From NCBI GenBank assembly GCA_964016885.1, contig OZ024742.1:207824001-207888000 (forward strand): 64,000 bases of DNA. Direction: 5' to 3'. Position numbers and translations under genes: made by a program. Under the pieces are notes generated by a model. It ran no database searches. It was not told where the DNA came from and was given only the letters and a program-made list of their open reading frames with translations. Positions 39,540-53,900 of the stretch are shown piece by piece (positions within the stretch are counted from its first letter, which is position 1; the number at the start of each line of letters is the position of its first letter). Source of the stretch: Eledone cirrhosa. Its lineage: Eukaryota.

Positions 39540-40790
39540 TTTTATCTGTCCAATAGTTCGAGACCTAAAAGTCCCTTCATCGGGGTTTCAGGAACCTTCG
39601 GTTGATAACCTTCCAATTTCCTCTCTTTGGGATCAACATCTGATTATGATTTAAATTTTTTCTAAGTTGTTTTCAAGCGTGTTTCGGTGTTTATTTCGCT
39701 TTCCACGTCAATGACGTCAACTTCCAATATAGAATTTTGCGGAATCAGTTTTCTTTTTTGTATGAGATGTTAAGTTTGTGTAACTGTGGGCGTGTCTTTT
39801 TATGTCAAGTACTGTGTGCTGAGTTCTAATCTATTATTTGTTTGTGGGTTGAGACGACGTATGAGCAAGGCTTCCTTAATTCTTAAGTTGCCCACATTTC
39901 TATCACTGGTAACGGTAATATGTCCGTTGATGTTTCTACATTTCTCGATTTGTTTTTTGAATGAGAATACGCGTGTGTTGATGTATTCTTTAATGCGAGT
40001 GTGGAGTGCTCGATTTGTGCTACCATGAAGACAATTTGTTGCATTCAATCCGGTATGCCACATGTCTCCGCTGGCTCATGTATTGCAGGTAGGGCAGTTA
40101 GTCAACGAGCATTGATTGTTGTTGTCACTGGATTGCTTTTGAGAAAGGTATCCACCCAGTGAAGGGCTGGGGGTGTGCTAGCTGTATGTCCAGTCCTTCT
40201 TTGCAGATAGCTCTGCGGATAGCTGTGGTCATGCTTTCGCTGAAATGTGGTAATTTCATGAAGCAGAGGAGGTATTATGTCTGCGGCGACTTTGATTCTT
40301 AAGTCGATTCATTGTGGATGTTGTGTATCCGTTCGTCATCAGTACATCCATGAAGTGTGCATCTATGTATCGAGTGAAGAAAACACAGGAGCTGCAGATG
40401 TTGAACGCTCGACGTTCCAGTTGGTTCATATAAGTGGTGGCTAGAAAGCCTGAAAGACTAGACCCCATGGGTAGACCAGTTGCTTGTTTGTATGTGTGGT
40501 GGTAGAAAGTGAAATATGTATTTTCTAAGATGACGGATAAAAGCTCTTGTATGTCTTGTAGACGGATGTATGTATGTGTTTGGGTGTGTATGTTTGAGTT
40601 CGTATGTGTTTCTGAGTTTGGGTATGTATGTATATCTTATTAACTTGTTACTAATTATATTCAACCACTTAGAGAACTATCTAGAGACCTATCTATCCAA
40701 AGGTTCTTCATAAAGAAGCCCGTCCAGCTTCTCGTTATCTTTTCTATCGCTTCCATAACGACTTCAGCGTTATCTATCTAATACGCTACC
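39540..40790 (-). mobile_element. Penelope-like element relic (second family)
   Basis: RT MGSSLSGFLATTYMNQLE..FFTRYID; GIY-YIG C-terminal part GSTNRALHTRIKE..LRIKEALLIRRLNPQTNNRLE. Confidence 0.82.
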
Positions 40791-41039
40791 ATGCTCCTTC
40801 CATCTGAGTATAAGGAATTAGCAAAATATATGAAGTAATTAAATAAAAATAAATTAAAAACTTACAACAGATCCACTACTACTTAAGCGTTCACTGTCAA
40901 CCGCAAGGCATGAGGAATGCATTTGCATATATATATATGAATGTATGTACATATGGATGGATGGGTGGATGTATGGACGTCTGTCTGTCTGTGTCTGTAT
41001 GTATTTATGTATGTATGTGTGTGTGAGACTGTGTGTATG

Positions 41040-41116
<77 letters not shown>

Positions 41117-42019
41117 AATTGTTATATATGATAAATAGATAAAGAGACATATTAAAATACCTTTGCAACTAAGCACTTTTTGACCTGAAAAAAAAAAGAC
41201 ATAAACTACGTTTTAAACTCACTCGCATTCATTCCCTCTCAATTTATCTATCTATCTCTATCACACATACATTTCACATATGCGCCTGTATACGCCAACA
41301 TATTACATACATTCTAACTTCTATCCATAGATCATGAGGATTTTAATTAAAATCCGCTTCTATACACTTCCATAGGTTTGACAGGTTTGTATTCTGAAAT
41401 GTATCACAATGTCAGATGCTTGAAAGATATGATAACAATTTGATTAGTGAAGCATACATAATTAAAGCAAACTCTTACATCTGCATGGCCTTCCTAACAC
41501 AAACCATTGCTTATAAGCAGGCATTTATATAGAATTGTATATTTCCATTGATATATGTCTGTGTACTTACTTAATAAAAATATTTGCTTTGTGACCTGTT
41601 TCCATTTTTTTCTTTTTTTCCATTTTCAAAAGGCGTGCCAAAGTGTTCTTTGAGAATAGACAGAACTAGCTAAGCTCCGCTTAAATGTCATGTTACACAG
41701 AACGTTGAGCTTACTACTATAATGGTGAATTTATACCAGGGTAGTAGGTTCGTAGCTGACCTTTTCCAGAGAAGCGAATTCCTCGTTGGTGAAGCTGCTA
41801 TTAGCCAATTACAAAGTTCTTAATAGCATTGACTAATTTCTGTGCACGCAAGTTCCATATAAACTGTCGCCAGAAGTATTTCCAACCCACACTAAATCGT
41901 TTTTCTCACTATTTAACTTATTAGTATGCACCCTGCTTTCATTGTGTTGGTATCTTAATTAAAGCATTGAGTGAGTGGGAAAACGAGCATAGGTATATCT
42001 GTCATATTTGATAAGTTCG

Positions 42020-42535
42020 TTTCATCATCATCATCCTTTTACTTCCGCTTTTCCCTGCTTGCAAGGGTGGGACGGGTCCTTTTCAGCACAGCATCTCTCC
42101 ATTCGTCACGGTCCTTTGTCATATCCTCCGTAAGATTTAGCAATCTGAAGTCTGCTCTCACCACCTCCACCCATGATTTTCGTGGTCTTCCTCTACTGCG
42201 TCTTCCTTCAACTGGCATTTCCTGGCACTTCTTTACCCAGCGGTCATCCTCCATGCGCATCACATGTCCATACCAACGCAGTCCTCTCTCCCGCACACTA
42301 CGGTTTATCCCTCTTATACACAGTTTCACTCTCAGCTCATCTATGCTTGGTCATTCACGCACATTGACATTGCTCATTCAACGGATCATGATTGTTCATT
42401 TCTCTCCAGCCGTTGCATATCTTCCGGAGTTGCTGCCCATGTCTCACTACCAAGTAGCATCGCGGACCTCACACAGGCATCATATAACGATCCTTTCGTT
42501 CGTAGGGAGCACCCTCCCCACTTGCTAATCTGATC
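42020..42535 (-). mobile_element. RTE-clade LINE 3' fragment
   Basis: LRWYGHVMRMEDDRWVKK..GRRSRGRPRKSW..DRDEWR; (GAT)n tail at ~42022-42035. Confidence 0.88.
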
Positions 42536-42876
42536 ATACATACATACATATAAATATCTAATAAATAGGCTTATAATCTACTAACGTATCGAGTACCTTT
42601 TATAGCTATGGTCCCCTCATGTCTTACACCCCCATATATATATATATATATATATATATAGGATAACAAGATATCGTTATAGGTAATCCAATTAGAGGTT
42701 GTGAATACTCCTTATCATGGATAGTTTTAGCGTACGGCGTTGTATGACTCAACAAGAGGTTTACGTAGATGACGAGTATATGATTTCACGTGTATTCCTA
42801 TGTAAGTTTATCTTGGAGTAATAAAATTTAAAAATGGATAATAACAGGTCAACAGTACAAACAATGAGATTTATTT

Positions 42877-42986
42877 ACAGTCTAACAATTGTTTCACTGA
42901 TAGAGTTGTCTAAACGTTGCTAAACACTGAAAGTAGACACACTCAATTTAAAATACACGTTGGCCCCATCATATCTTCAGAAACTG
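42877..42986 (-). ncRNA. Type I hammerhead ribozyme (mirror copy)
   Basis: Reverse complement of the 42989-43098 motif. Confidence 0.78.
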
Positions 42987-42987
42987 G

Positions 42988-43098
42988 ACAGTTTCTGAAG
43001 ATATGATGGGGCCAACGTGTATTTTAAATTGAGTGTGTCTACTTTCAGTGTTTAGCAACGTTTAGACAACTCTATCAGTGAAACAATTGTTAGACTGT
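42988..43098 (+). ncRNA. Type I hammerhead ribozyme
   Basis: ACAGTTT CTGAAGA TA TGATGGGG...CTCTATCA GT GAA ACAATTGT T|AGACTGT. 7-bp stem I, 8-bp stem II base, palindromic stem III. Confidence 0.8.
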
Positions 43099-43151
43099 AA
43101 ATAAATCTCATTTTTTGAACTGTTGACCATGTTATTCTCCATTTTTTCAAT

Positions 43152-43232
<81 letters not shown>

Positions 43233-45467
43233 TTATCCCGGGTTCAATCGGTGTTAACCACAGTAAATAAGGTACTCAATACATAGCAGAGTATAAATAT
43301 TTAATATAGAAATGCCTTCTGTAGGACTAGAACTGTTACTTCGAAGAAAATCATCAGGTAATGCTCCCTTTCAGCTTGCTTGCTACTGGATCTCAAATAG
43401 GCACAATATTATAGTTTTAACGCTTATGTATATGAGCTGATTATCCTCATATGCGTACCGAGCTGTAGGCTGACTCGATCTGAACAGAAATTAAAATTAA
43501 GATATTCGTCTCAACATAGTTGTATACGTATAAGTACGTAAAATCTGTATATGAATTAATATACGATATGTTTACGAATAAACATTTCAAATCTTTTAGC
43601 TATGGAATTTTAAAGGTGGTGGCAAGGCAACACCTACCATGTTTCATTCTTAATATTCTGAAGATGGGTAACAAGAAACACAAAGTAATTATTTATGCAG
43701 TTTAAGCTTCCAACAATTTCTAATTTACTTCTAATATAGTATAATCTCTCTTCGCCATCCTTCCGTTCGCGCGCGCACGCACACACACACACACACACAT
43801 AAAATACGAATGAAATTATTGAAATGTTAGTACTGATTTCATTTTTAGTTTAATCACTGAAAAATAAACATTCCTTTTTCAGACAATCTGGCATATTTAG
43901 CTTTATACATGAATATGTAGGAAACTAATCATGTCTAGATTTAAACATGTTTTAGACGGAATACTTCATAGAATCTATATTACTTTCTCTAAGTTTTATA
44001 CTTATATCCTATAGAAGAAAAACACGTTTACTCTTGAGTGAGAAACATAATTATCAACAATATACTCTTTCCATACATATGACATACATATTTGGTCATA
44101 GAAATTTGACTTGATGTTCAAACTATATAATTATTCTGTGGGTTTTTTTGTTTTATTTTAGAACGTAATTCTACTGTATCAGAAAACATTCTGCTTGCAA
44201 TAAGCGGTTCAATATATTTTTAGTATTCTTATGACCTCGGCTTTTGATTGCTACGTATCAATTATACAGTATTAACGAGATGATGCGGATAATACAAAGG
44301 AATTGTATGTATTGGGTTGGAAAGAATAAATAGTTAATAGTAATGGCTAGATACTGGAGTGGAAGACGAGACGAATGAACATCTAGAAGGATATGGATTG
44401 TACTGTAGATAAAAACCATGATCGCACAGGATTGAGGTATTTTTTAAAGGTGTTTAGCTGAGTTGAACAGTCGTTACTGTAGAATAGCAAATATTATAAT
44501 AATGATGATGGTGAGGATGATGATACTGGTGAAGATAAGGAGGATGGTGATAAAACCAATAACCGAGTATAAGTTGTAATCTAATCTTAACAAAACAACT
44601 TCAAATACTAGTCTAATATTTGACAGGAAATGGTATATTCAATTGATTTTGATATATATTTATTACTTGTAAACATTTTATTGGCTGTGTTAATGCCAAG
44701 TGAACCCCAGTGGGAATTGAACTTGACTCGTAAATAGAAGAGAGAACTGGAGAGATATGAAACTTTGCAAAACACTCAACTTGACATACTATTGTCTCAA
44801 TAATCTCTACCAATCTATTAGTAATATGTTCAAATCATGGAGGCGTGAAGGCTATTCCTTGCTGAAAGTCATCGAAAAGGTCAAGGAAGGGTTAATAGAG
44901 TTTCATCGAAAATAATTGGTCATTTGATCTGACTGGCACATAAAGGGTAACATTTCACAGATAGGAACAATTTGACAGGAAGACAGTTGAAATTAGAAGA
45001 AACTAAAAACTGTGTGGATACCTTTTAATCCATAGAATATCTTTCACTGATTCCCGAAGTCTTATCGATTTCTCTACTGTTTTCAGTTGGTGCTACATAT
45101 ATATTTCAGATACGATTCTATCATATAATCCAATAATTAATCATACATTGACATTTAACTAGAATGAAACATTTCAGATTCTGTTTCAATATATCTGTTG
45201 ATAATTTTGAACCCTGGTCAATATTTCTTCTTGATTTTATTTTTTTTTCTGTTGTTCTTAACATTGTGTTATTGAAGAGGAAGCTCAGATTTTTCTGCCA
45301 GAATAAGTTAGTTTGAAAAATCTCCAGTTACAAGAATGTCCTGAATAAACAATATATACATCTAAATGTATATTGGGTGAGTGGTAAAAGTTCTGTGTTT
45401 GCAGTTATTGTTTTATTTTGTTTTCGTTTAAACCCAGGTCAACTGTGATTGCAATATTTTCGTATGG

Positions 45468-45610
45468 GAGTGGTGGCTTGGCGAAAACATTAGAGCACTG
45501 GACAAAACACCTTGTAGCATTTCTTCTGGTTTCTTACATATGTGAGTTCACATCCCGCCATGATCAATTTCTCATTTCATCCATACGTTGTGGATAAAAT
45601 AGATAACAGG
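45468..45610 (+). mobile_element. Diverged tRNA-derived SINE
   Basis: GAGTTCACATCCCGCC..TTTCATCCATACGTTGTGGATAAAATA. Confidence 0.6.
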
Positions 45611-45815
45611 CAATAAATTAGATCTATATAATTAATAGCTTCCTTTCACTTATAGACGAAGACAGCTATGCTAAATATCTAACTAGGAAAGAAAGTAAGG
45701 GGTTGAGACGTGCTAAGTTCCTAAGTATTTAAACATGTAAAGCATTAATAATTTATTTTTATTATAATAAATACTATTATAATGTAGTAAGATAGTAGCA
45801 GCAGTAAAACAAGTG

Positions 45816-45848
<33 letters not shown>

Positions 45849-45930
45849 TTCAGAAGAAAAGAGAAAGAATGAAATGTAGGAAGAAAAAGAAAAAAAGAGA
45901 AAAAAGATAGAAAAAATCGAAAAAAATAGT

Positions 45931-48900
45931 TTCATTTATTGGCCATATATAGGGGACAATACAAAAGACAGGGTCAGTGGGGGTTTACATATACAACGTG
46001 TAAACAATATAAATAACAATAACAAAATAACAATAAAAATACAACAAGGAAAATTCCACATTAGGGGGGATAACAACCCAGGGTTCACTCAGGTACACCA
46101 TCGATCCTGAACCACCAGACGCTTCGAGCAAATCTGGGAAGGGCACCCCTCTCCTCCTAAAATTCTCTCCTGCCACCAGACAGAGGAACATTGCCTCTCC
46201 TTCCTTGCCAAACGAAGGCGGTGGGTCGACTTCACTATGGACTCGGCCGATAGCTGGATTCGTTCTACAACAAATGTTCGACATAACTCCACAATTCAGT
46301 AATGCACGGACACTGGACTGGTGCGTGCAGAACGGTTTCGTTGCTCTGCGCGCATCTCGGACAGGTTCGACTCACAGCACTTCCGTGCCTGTAGAGTTTA
46401 TCTTGAACCGGCAATGCCCCTCGGTAGCACTGACAAGCGAGGGATTTTTGGAAGCTATCAATTGTCTCCGGCTCCGAATTCCTCCGGAACAGACTGGTTA
46501 GTTCGACTTCGTCGACACTCAGAGCCTCTCCGAGTGCGTCGTCGCACTTGCCCACTACTAATCCTCTATAGAACAGGAGAATGGAAGTTCCAGTGACCGC
46601 ATTGCCTGCCTGGTAACATTCTAGATGCCAGTCACCCAGTCTCGGTCTCTTCTTGACCCAGGACTGCAGCTCAGTCAAAGAGACGAGCTACGGAAAAACC
46701 CATCTGATAAACGGCGATCACACCTATTCAACGTTTAGGCAGAATATCTGGAGATGCCGCAGCCTCAGCGCATGTCTGCGCATCATTAACAACGGCATGC
46801 CCAGCCCTCTACTTAGAGTGTGCTGGCAGCATATGGACCGCCTTACTAACGGAATCTGTCCCCACCACAAGAATTTGAAGAGGAGCCGTTCCAAATTGGC
46901 GAGGAGCGAACGGGCAAGGTATGACAGTCAGGTGGTAGAGATGACGGACGCGATGTACACGTTCGCAACATCCGCCTGATATTTCAGTGAGAGCTTCCTC
47001 GCAGACCATTTCTGGGTGTGACTGGCTACCCTGCCCGTTGCCTCGTCCCAATTCTGATCCACCTGGAGGTCTGGCCCGAGCAACTTTACCGGTCCGTCCG
47101 TCCAGCACACAACGATGCTGTTGGGCGGCATGGACTTGCCTCTCTAGGTGCCGAGTTGAAAGCCCACCGACTATTCCGGGTTAAGTTTTGCTCCCGTCAA
47201 CCTTTCATATTCCTCCAATAAGTTGCCGACCACCTCGATTTCCGAAGTGTCAGACACCATCACGGTAATCTCGTCCGCATTATCCGACACAGCCTTTCTG
47301 TGTCACGGTTCCAGCGGGATACCCTGCAGCAGCTCCAGCTTCCGCAGTAAAGACTTGAGAGTCAATACGTACACAAGGGAGGAGAGAGGGCACACTTGAC
47401 GGACCGATCAGGGACCCGAAACGGTTCCGACAGGTGGCCATTAACCTTGACTACCGAGCAGATGCCGCTGTGCATTGCAGCGATCCAGCTTCTGAAGACA
47501 GGGCCGAAGCCAGGTGCATTGAGGACAGCTTCTAGGTACCAATGGTCGACCGGATCGAATGCTTTCGATTGATCTAAATTGATCAGTGCTCCACCTAAGC
47601 CAGGTTTACACCTAACCCTCTCTATGATGTATTGCATGAGGTGGAGGTTGTCATGTATGGACCTGTTTGGGCTTGCGCAAGTTTGCACCTCCCCAACCGA
47701 ATCGTCGATTACAAATGCCAACCTCTTTGCTAACACCTTGGCCAAAATCTTAAACTCTGTATTGAGCAGAGTTATAGACCTGAAGTTGTCTAATGTATCC
47801 CTCTAGTTTTCCACTTTCCTCATCAGCGCTACCACTCCCCTCTTCACAGAACTGGGAATACTCCCATTTTACGTAAAGCTCGTAGGGCAGGCAATACAAA
47901 CCAGGTGACTTGCGCCTCGTGCAGCCGACGAGAACGTCCTGAATTTCGGCTGAAGTAATCAGCCTTTCGCAACGCTCACCGTCCACCCTCGAGATGCACG
48001 GCAAGCTGTCAAGGTAGGGACTGAAGTCCGCTACTGTCTCAGACCCGCCACACTCCCCGAACTAACGAACAAAGTGCTGGCGAAAAGTCTCACACATCCG
48101 CTTGGAATCGCTTATCTCGTGTCCGTCTCGGTCCGCCAAAGACCCAATTGTGGTTTTATTACCACGCTGCGCCTCCGCTAAGTGGGCCCATCGAACAGAT
48201 TTGGTTACCTCGTTTCTCAGAGCACACGCTTTAGCTCTGACAATGCAACTTTCGTGTTTCACATTGAAGAAATGGTCTAATGCCATTCTCGCCGCTAGCA
48301 CATCAGTTGCAATGCCACTACAAATAACCTCGTCTAACTGTTGTTGACGATCCCCACTGTCAACTTTTGCTTAACTAAATTGTTGACCCGGTTTCTGTAA
48401 GCCTTACGTACCGAAAATGACATGTTCAGTTTCCAGTAACCAGGTCCGAACTTATGCGCCTTATCTAGGTCTACCATACAGATCACAAATTTGTGATCTG
48501 AATAGGCGACCGTTTTAAAAAGTGGACAGCCTACACTATTTCTATCTATTTTCCTAATGAAGATCCTGTCTATATACGATCTAGATGACCCTTTGCGGTT
48601 GGTCCACGTCTACACTGGCGCATTGGGGAAATCTAGTCGGTACCTGTCAGACAGTTGGAACTGGCTGATTATGTGCTTGAGGTTTTTGCCCCCCCCCCCC
48701 CCCCCCCCGCCGCTCCTATCAGCTACTCCCACACAATACCAGCGAGCGTCTAAGATGCCGTTCCAGTCTCCCGCTAACAGTAAAAGGCGAGACGTACCCA
48801 GAAAGGCTTCCAGTCGCCTAAATTAGTCCGGTCTTTCGGCCCCGCAGTCTAAAGGCACCACCTTCGCTATTGTTCTCATCCAGGACCAACTACTTGCCGT

Positions 48901-50760
48901 CCGGGTCCAGGAAGATCGACCTTACATCTAGATCCAGGTCTTTCCTAAACAGTACTATTACCCCACCTCCCATTCCAGGCCTGCTAACAGATGCGAAGTT
49001 CTGATAGTCGTCGAATATGGGGGCTAGTACGTGCGTGTCGGAAATGCCGGTCTCACTGACGGCAATCACAGCCATTTCCAGAGACCTCAGATCTTTGAGC
49101 AGGTGACGCTGCTTTTAGGGTGACCCCAGGATTTGAACATTTAAACTTCCTACTCTTAATATGGCCATGTTGGCAAGCTAAAAGAGAGAAGGAAGGTTTA
49201 CTTACATCCCGGGGTCTTGTGATAGTCAGGTGGTTCGACCTCTATGGTTGGTGTTGTTTCTTTTGGAAACCGTTTTTTTGTGAGTTTTCTTTTTTGCTTT
49301 TTGGCAATTTGTGGTTTTCCTTCATCTTCACTACTGGAAGACAAATGGTCCGTAGCTGTGAGTGTATCTGCGTCTGTGTGTGCATTTATGGTTTTGTCCA
49401 TGTGTATATTTTGAGGAGTAGTGGAAGTGGGAGAGCTTTCCTCGTTTTCCCCTTGGGTCGGTGCTGGTGGTGGTCCGGCTGTTTTTGATCTTGGTGGGGT
49501 TACCCGTGTCATTTTTGGTATTGTTGGGGGTGACACTTGCGTTGGCAGCAAAGGAGGTTTGCGAGCCCTGCATTTTTGAGCTGAGGGCAGAAGACTTTCA
49601 GATGCGTTGCTTCTCCGCAGACGAAGCATTGTTGCCTTCTTCCCTCAGCGATTAATTAAATCGTTGTCCCATCCTGCAGGTGAGAGAAATACGGATTGTT
49701 GTTTAGGTCCTCTGGTTTCATTTGGAGAAGAATCTCCAAATCCTTTCCGGACCAGTCCGCTTTCTGTCCGTCTTTTTGATATCTAGGAGTATAGCGTCTA
49801 TTTCCTTCTCGATTAAGCATTCCAGGAGCCACCATATGTTCATTCCTGGTGGGATCCTAGGAATGCAGACCTTTACTGTCCTTTTGCCCATGAAGGACGT
49901 GTACATAACAATACGTTCTGTTCTGCAGGAGATCACGGTGTGCTTAATAGCAAGGGCTTCGGTTTTGAACAGTACCAAGATGGTACCGAACTGCTTGGCT
50001 CTTGCTTTGTACTCAATGTCACTCCCGATGCACTTCAAAGCAGTTTGGCGAGTTCCCATTTCCGAGTCTGCACTGAAATGCATCGAAGGTACACCGTCCT
50101 CCTTTGTATGGCTGCTATTGTCTCGTCTGGGATGGTTGGGTTGGCCCAGGACTGCTCGTATTTAATTAACCTCCACGCCTGGAGCAACTGTCGTTCCTTA
50201 TCGCTGATATCTACGTTAAGAAAGCGCCTTGTTTTGGCTGCGACGGCTGCAAATGTGGCGCCCTCATTGAGCTTGTTGCTTTCATTGTTCTTGTTGTTGG
50301 TGTTGTCCTTCTTGCTGTTGTTGTTGGTGTTGTTGTTGTTCTTGTTGTTTTCTTTGTTCTTGCTGTTGCAACCGTTATTAGTGTTTATATTGAGGCTGTT
50401 GGTGTTATTGTCGTTGTCGTTGTGGCGGTGGTGGCGGTGGTGGTGGTGGTGATGTCGGTTAGGGGTTATAGTATTGTTAACCGCTCCCTTGTCTTGTGTT
50501 TTGTTAATTACATTCAGGAGGGTGGACGACAGAGATTTTGTGGTACTAATAGTAGTAGTAGTAGTGGAAGGTGTAGTGACTGTTTTTGAGCATTTCACCT
50601 GTACAATGTTTACCGTTTCAATGTCTAAATTTTCCATGTTTTTGCTGTGGAGAAATATTTTTGAAGTTTTTTTAAAATAAATCGGAATAAAGCCCGAATA
50701 TTGAGAGGTCCCTTGGTGGGTACCTTATGCTTCGTTATCGACTATAAAATACACAAAACG
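45931..50760 (-). mobile_element. Near full-length degenerate Tx1/L1-type LINE (ORF1 ~50637-49198; ORF2 from ATG 49168)
   Basis: APE motifs (AVSETGIS, GGGVIVLF, GDWNGILD, SDHKFV), RT (SIHDNL, LDQSKAFD), zf-RVT (CPRC..ETVLHAPVQC), and a low-complexity ORF1. Confidence 0.9.
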
Positions 50761-50832
50761 ATACTTTAAAACAGTTTTAAATTACGAACCTATTCTCCCC
50801 CAGACTTGTAACGTCTTCACACATGTCCGTCC

Positions 50833-50908
<76 letters not shown>
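50833..50908 (+). repeat. (TAA)n microsatellite at the Tx1 3' junction
   Basis: Read directly from the sequence. Confidence 0.95.
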
Positions 50909-50910
<2 letters not shown>

Positions 50911-53900
50911 TTTTCTTTATTAACCACAAGGGTTTACATAAAGTAGACATTAAGGACAGTGCAGGACAATACAGGACGGTACAAATGGGCATTTCTGCGT
51001 GTAAAAAAACAGAGGTTGAAATAAAATAACAAAGAAAAATTCCCCAATAGGGGGGAGACTTCCGAGGGACATTTGTGGGGAAAGCCCATTAAAAGACCAC
51101 AGTGGCCCTGACCACCAGAGCAAGTGCCCTCTCCCAGTTTTCCACATTTAATTTACAGACACATACTCAGAGAAGGCCCATTCATTCGGGCCATACTTGC
51201 TTCTCTCACCCATCTTTCAACAAAATGCTGGGAAGAGAGCACTTCCCTCTCTACCCTGATTTCCTTTTCAAATGAAATTTGAATAAGTTAATCAGGGCAT
51301 CACCGAAGAGGTAAGTGCTCGTCTTCATCACTTTCAAACGTGTCCACCATACTATCTCTTTCGCCATGGCCACCAGACAGATAAAAACTGCCTGCCCTTC
51401 CCGGCTAAAGGAAGGGGGCGGCGCAATCCTCTCGATGGACTCAGCTGATAGCTGGATCCGTCCTACACGTGACAGCAGGTGTTCGACATAAACCCACAAG
51501 TCAGCAATGCTCGGACACTGGACGAGTGCGTGCAGGACGGTTTCGTCGCCGTGCGCGCATCTCGGACATTCCCGGCTGACAGCACCTCCATGCCTGTAGA
51601 GTTTATCCCGAACTGGCAAAGCTCCTCGGTAGCACTGCCAGGCCAGGGATTTCTGGAAGTTGTCCATAGGCCCCGGCCCGAAAGTCCTTCCGAAGAGATT
51701 GGCTAGTTGATTTTCGTCGACGCCTAGAGTTTCTCCAAGTACGTCGTCGCTCTTCCCCTCCACTAATCCCCTATAGAACGCTAAGGTGGAGTTTTCACCG
51801 ATCACATTGCCCGATTGGTCGAGGGCTGTGAGCGCCTGAAGACATTCCAGTCTCCAAGCGCTCCCTCTCGGTCTTCGCTTGACCCAGGACTGCAGCTCCG
51901 TCAAGGAGACGAGCTGGGGAAAAACGTGTCTAGCAAACGGCGACCACACCTGATTACCGTCGAGGAAGAGGTGGAGATGTCGTAGCCTGAGCGCGTGTCT
52001 GCGCATCATCAGCCACGGCATGCCCAGCCCTCCACGTAGCGGGTGTTGACAGTAGATGGACCGCCTGACCATCGGAGCGCGTCCCTTCCACAAGAAGCGA
52101 AAGAGCAAACGCTCCAGCGCAGTCAGGCGGGGCTTAGGACAAGGTACGACGGTCAGGCGGTAGTAGATGACGGACGCGATGTACGCGTTAGCCACCTCCG
52201 CTCGACCTTTCAGTGATAGCTTCCACTCGGCCCATTTCTGGGTGAGAGAAGCCACCCTGCTCTTCACCTCGTCCCAGTTTTTGTCCGTCTGGAGGTCTGG
52301 ACCGAACCAGACCCCTAGCAATTTAACCGGTCCGTCCGTCCAGCGGCCGACGACGCTGTTGGACGGCATGGACCTGCCTCTCCAGGTGCCGAGCTGCAGG
52401 CCCACTGACTTTCCTGGTTGATCATTGCTCCTGTCACCGCTTCGTATTCTTTTAGTGTAGTGCCGATCGCCTCGATGTGTTTGGCGTTCGACACCACTAC
52501 GGTGACATCGTCGGCATATGCTGACACGGATCTTCCGCATCCTAGTTCGCGCGGGATCCCTCTCAACGTCTCCAGCTTGTGCAGTAATGGCTCGAGAGTC
52601 AATACGTACAATAGGGACGAGAGGGGACATCCTTGGCGGACCGAGCGCATGATGTTGAACGGTTCCGAAAGGTGACCGTTCACTCTCACTACAGAGCAGA
52701 TGTTGCTGTGCATGGCAGCGATCCAGCCTCTGAAGACGGGCCCAAAGCCAGCCGCTCTCAGGACTGCCTCTAGGTAACGATGGTCGACCCTATCGAAGGC
52801 TTTCGACTGATCTAAATTGATCAAAGACCAACCCGTGCCAGGTTCCCTAGCTACCCTCTCTACGATGTATCGCATGAGGTGGAGGTTGTCGTGGATGGAT
52901 CTGTCGGGAATGGCGCATGTCTGTGCCTCTCCCACCAGACCACCAACGACAAGCGCCAACCTCTTTGCTAGCACCTTGGCCAACATCTTGAACTCTGTGT
53001 TTAGCAGAGTTATGGGCCTAAAATGATCTATGTTATCCCCCTTGTTCGGATCCTTTCTCACCGCTCCTCGGCTCACAGAGCTGGGAATTCTCCCGTTCTG
53101 TTGCCAGTTGCAGTAGACGTCCGCCAAGAGGCCTCCGAACAAGTTTGGCATTTGTACGTAAAGTTCATAGGGCAGACCATCCAAACCAGGCGATTTACCC
53201 CTTGTGCAGCGAGTCATTGCCTCCCATACTTCAGCGGCTGTTATCGGCTTTTCGCAAAACTCCGCCTCAGTGGCTGAGAGCCGCGGCAGTCCGTCGGGGT
53301 AGTCACTAAAGTCCATCCCTCGATCCGGCCCGCCGCTTCCCCCGTACATCTGAGCGAAGTGTCGCTGAAAAGCTTCACACATTTTCCCGGGATCGAGTAG
53401 CATGCGCCCGTCGTGGTCCACCAAGGACCGGATCGTGGCTTTGTTGCCACGACGCGCCTCCGCCACTCGGGCCCATTGAACGGCTTTCGTCCCCTCGTGT
53501 CTGAGAGCACGCACCCTAGCTCTTACAACGCAGCCTTCATGCTTTGCATTGAAGAATTGGTGAAGGGCCAATTTCGCCACAAGTACGTCGGTCGCGATGC
53601 CGTTGCTAAGCGCCTCGTCTAATTTTCTAACTAGTTCTCCCTCTGCTCTATTTTTCTCTATTGCTAAAGCCTTACTAAACCTAATGGACTCTATTATAAT
53701 CGTATTTTTCATAGCAAACCACCATTTGTTGTTGACGATGGCCCCCGTCAACGCCCGCTTAACTAGTTCGCTAATCCGGTCCCTGTAGGCCTTGCGCGCT
53801 GTTAATGACGCGTTTAGCTTCCAGTAGCCGGGTCACTGTCTGTGAAGTCTATCTAAGTAAACCTCACAGATCACGAATTTGTGGTCCGTGTAGCTGACTA

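Larger units (their letters stand above)
42830..43147. repeat. ~155 bp-arm palindrome with a 2-nt spacer (42987-42988); each arm encodes a hammerhead
   Basis: ...CATATCTTCAGAAACTG-GA-CAGTTTCTGAAGATATG...; arms are near-perfect and the element lies between (TA)n tracts. Confidence 0.92.

Noticed and set aside
44150-45350. Possible host exon or decayed gene in non-repetitive sequence
   Set aside because: No sustained ORF, recognisable motif or supportable splice structure.
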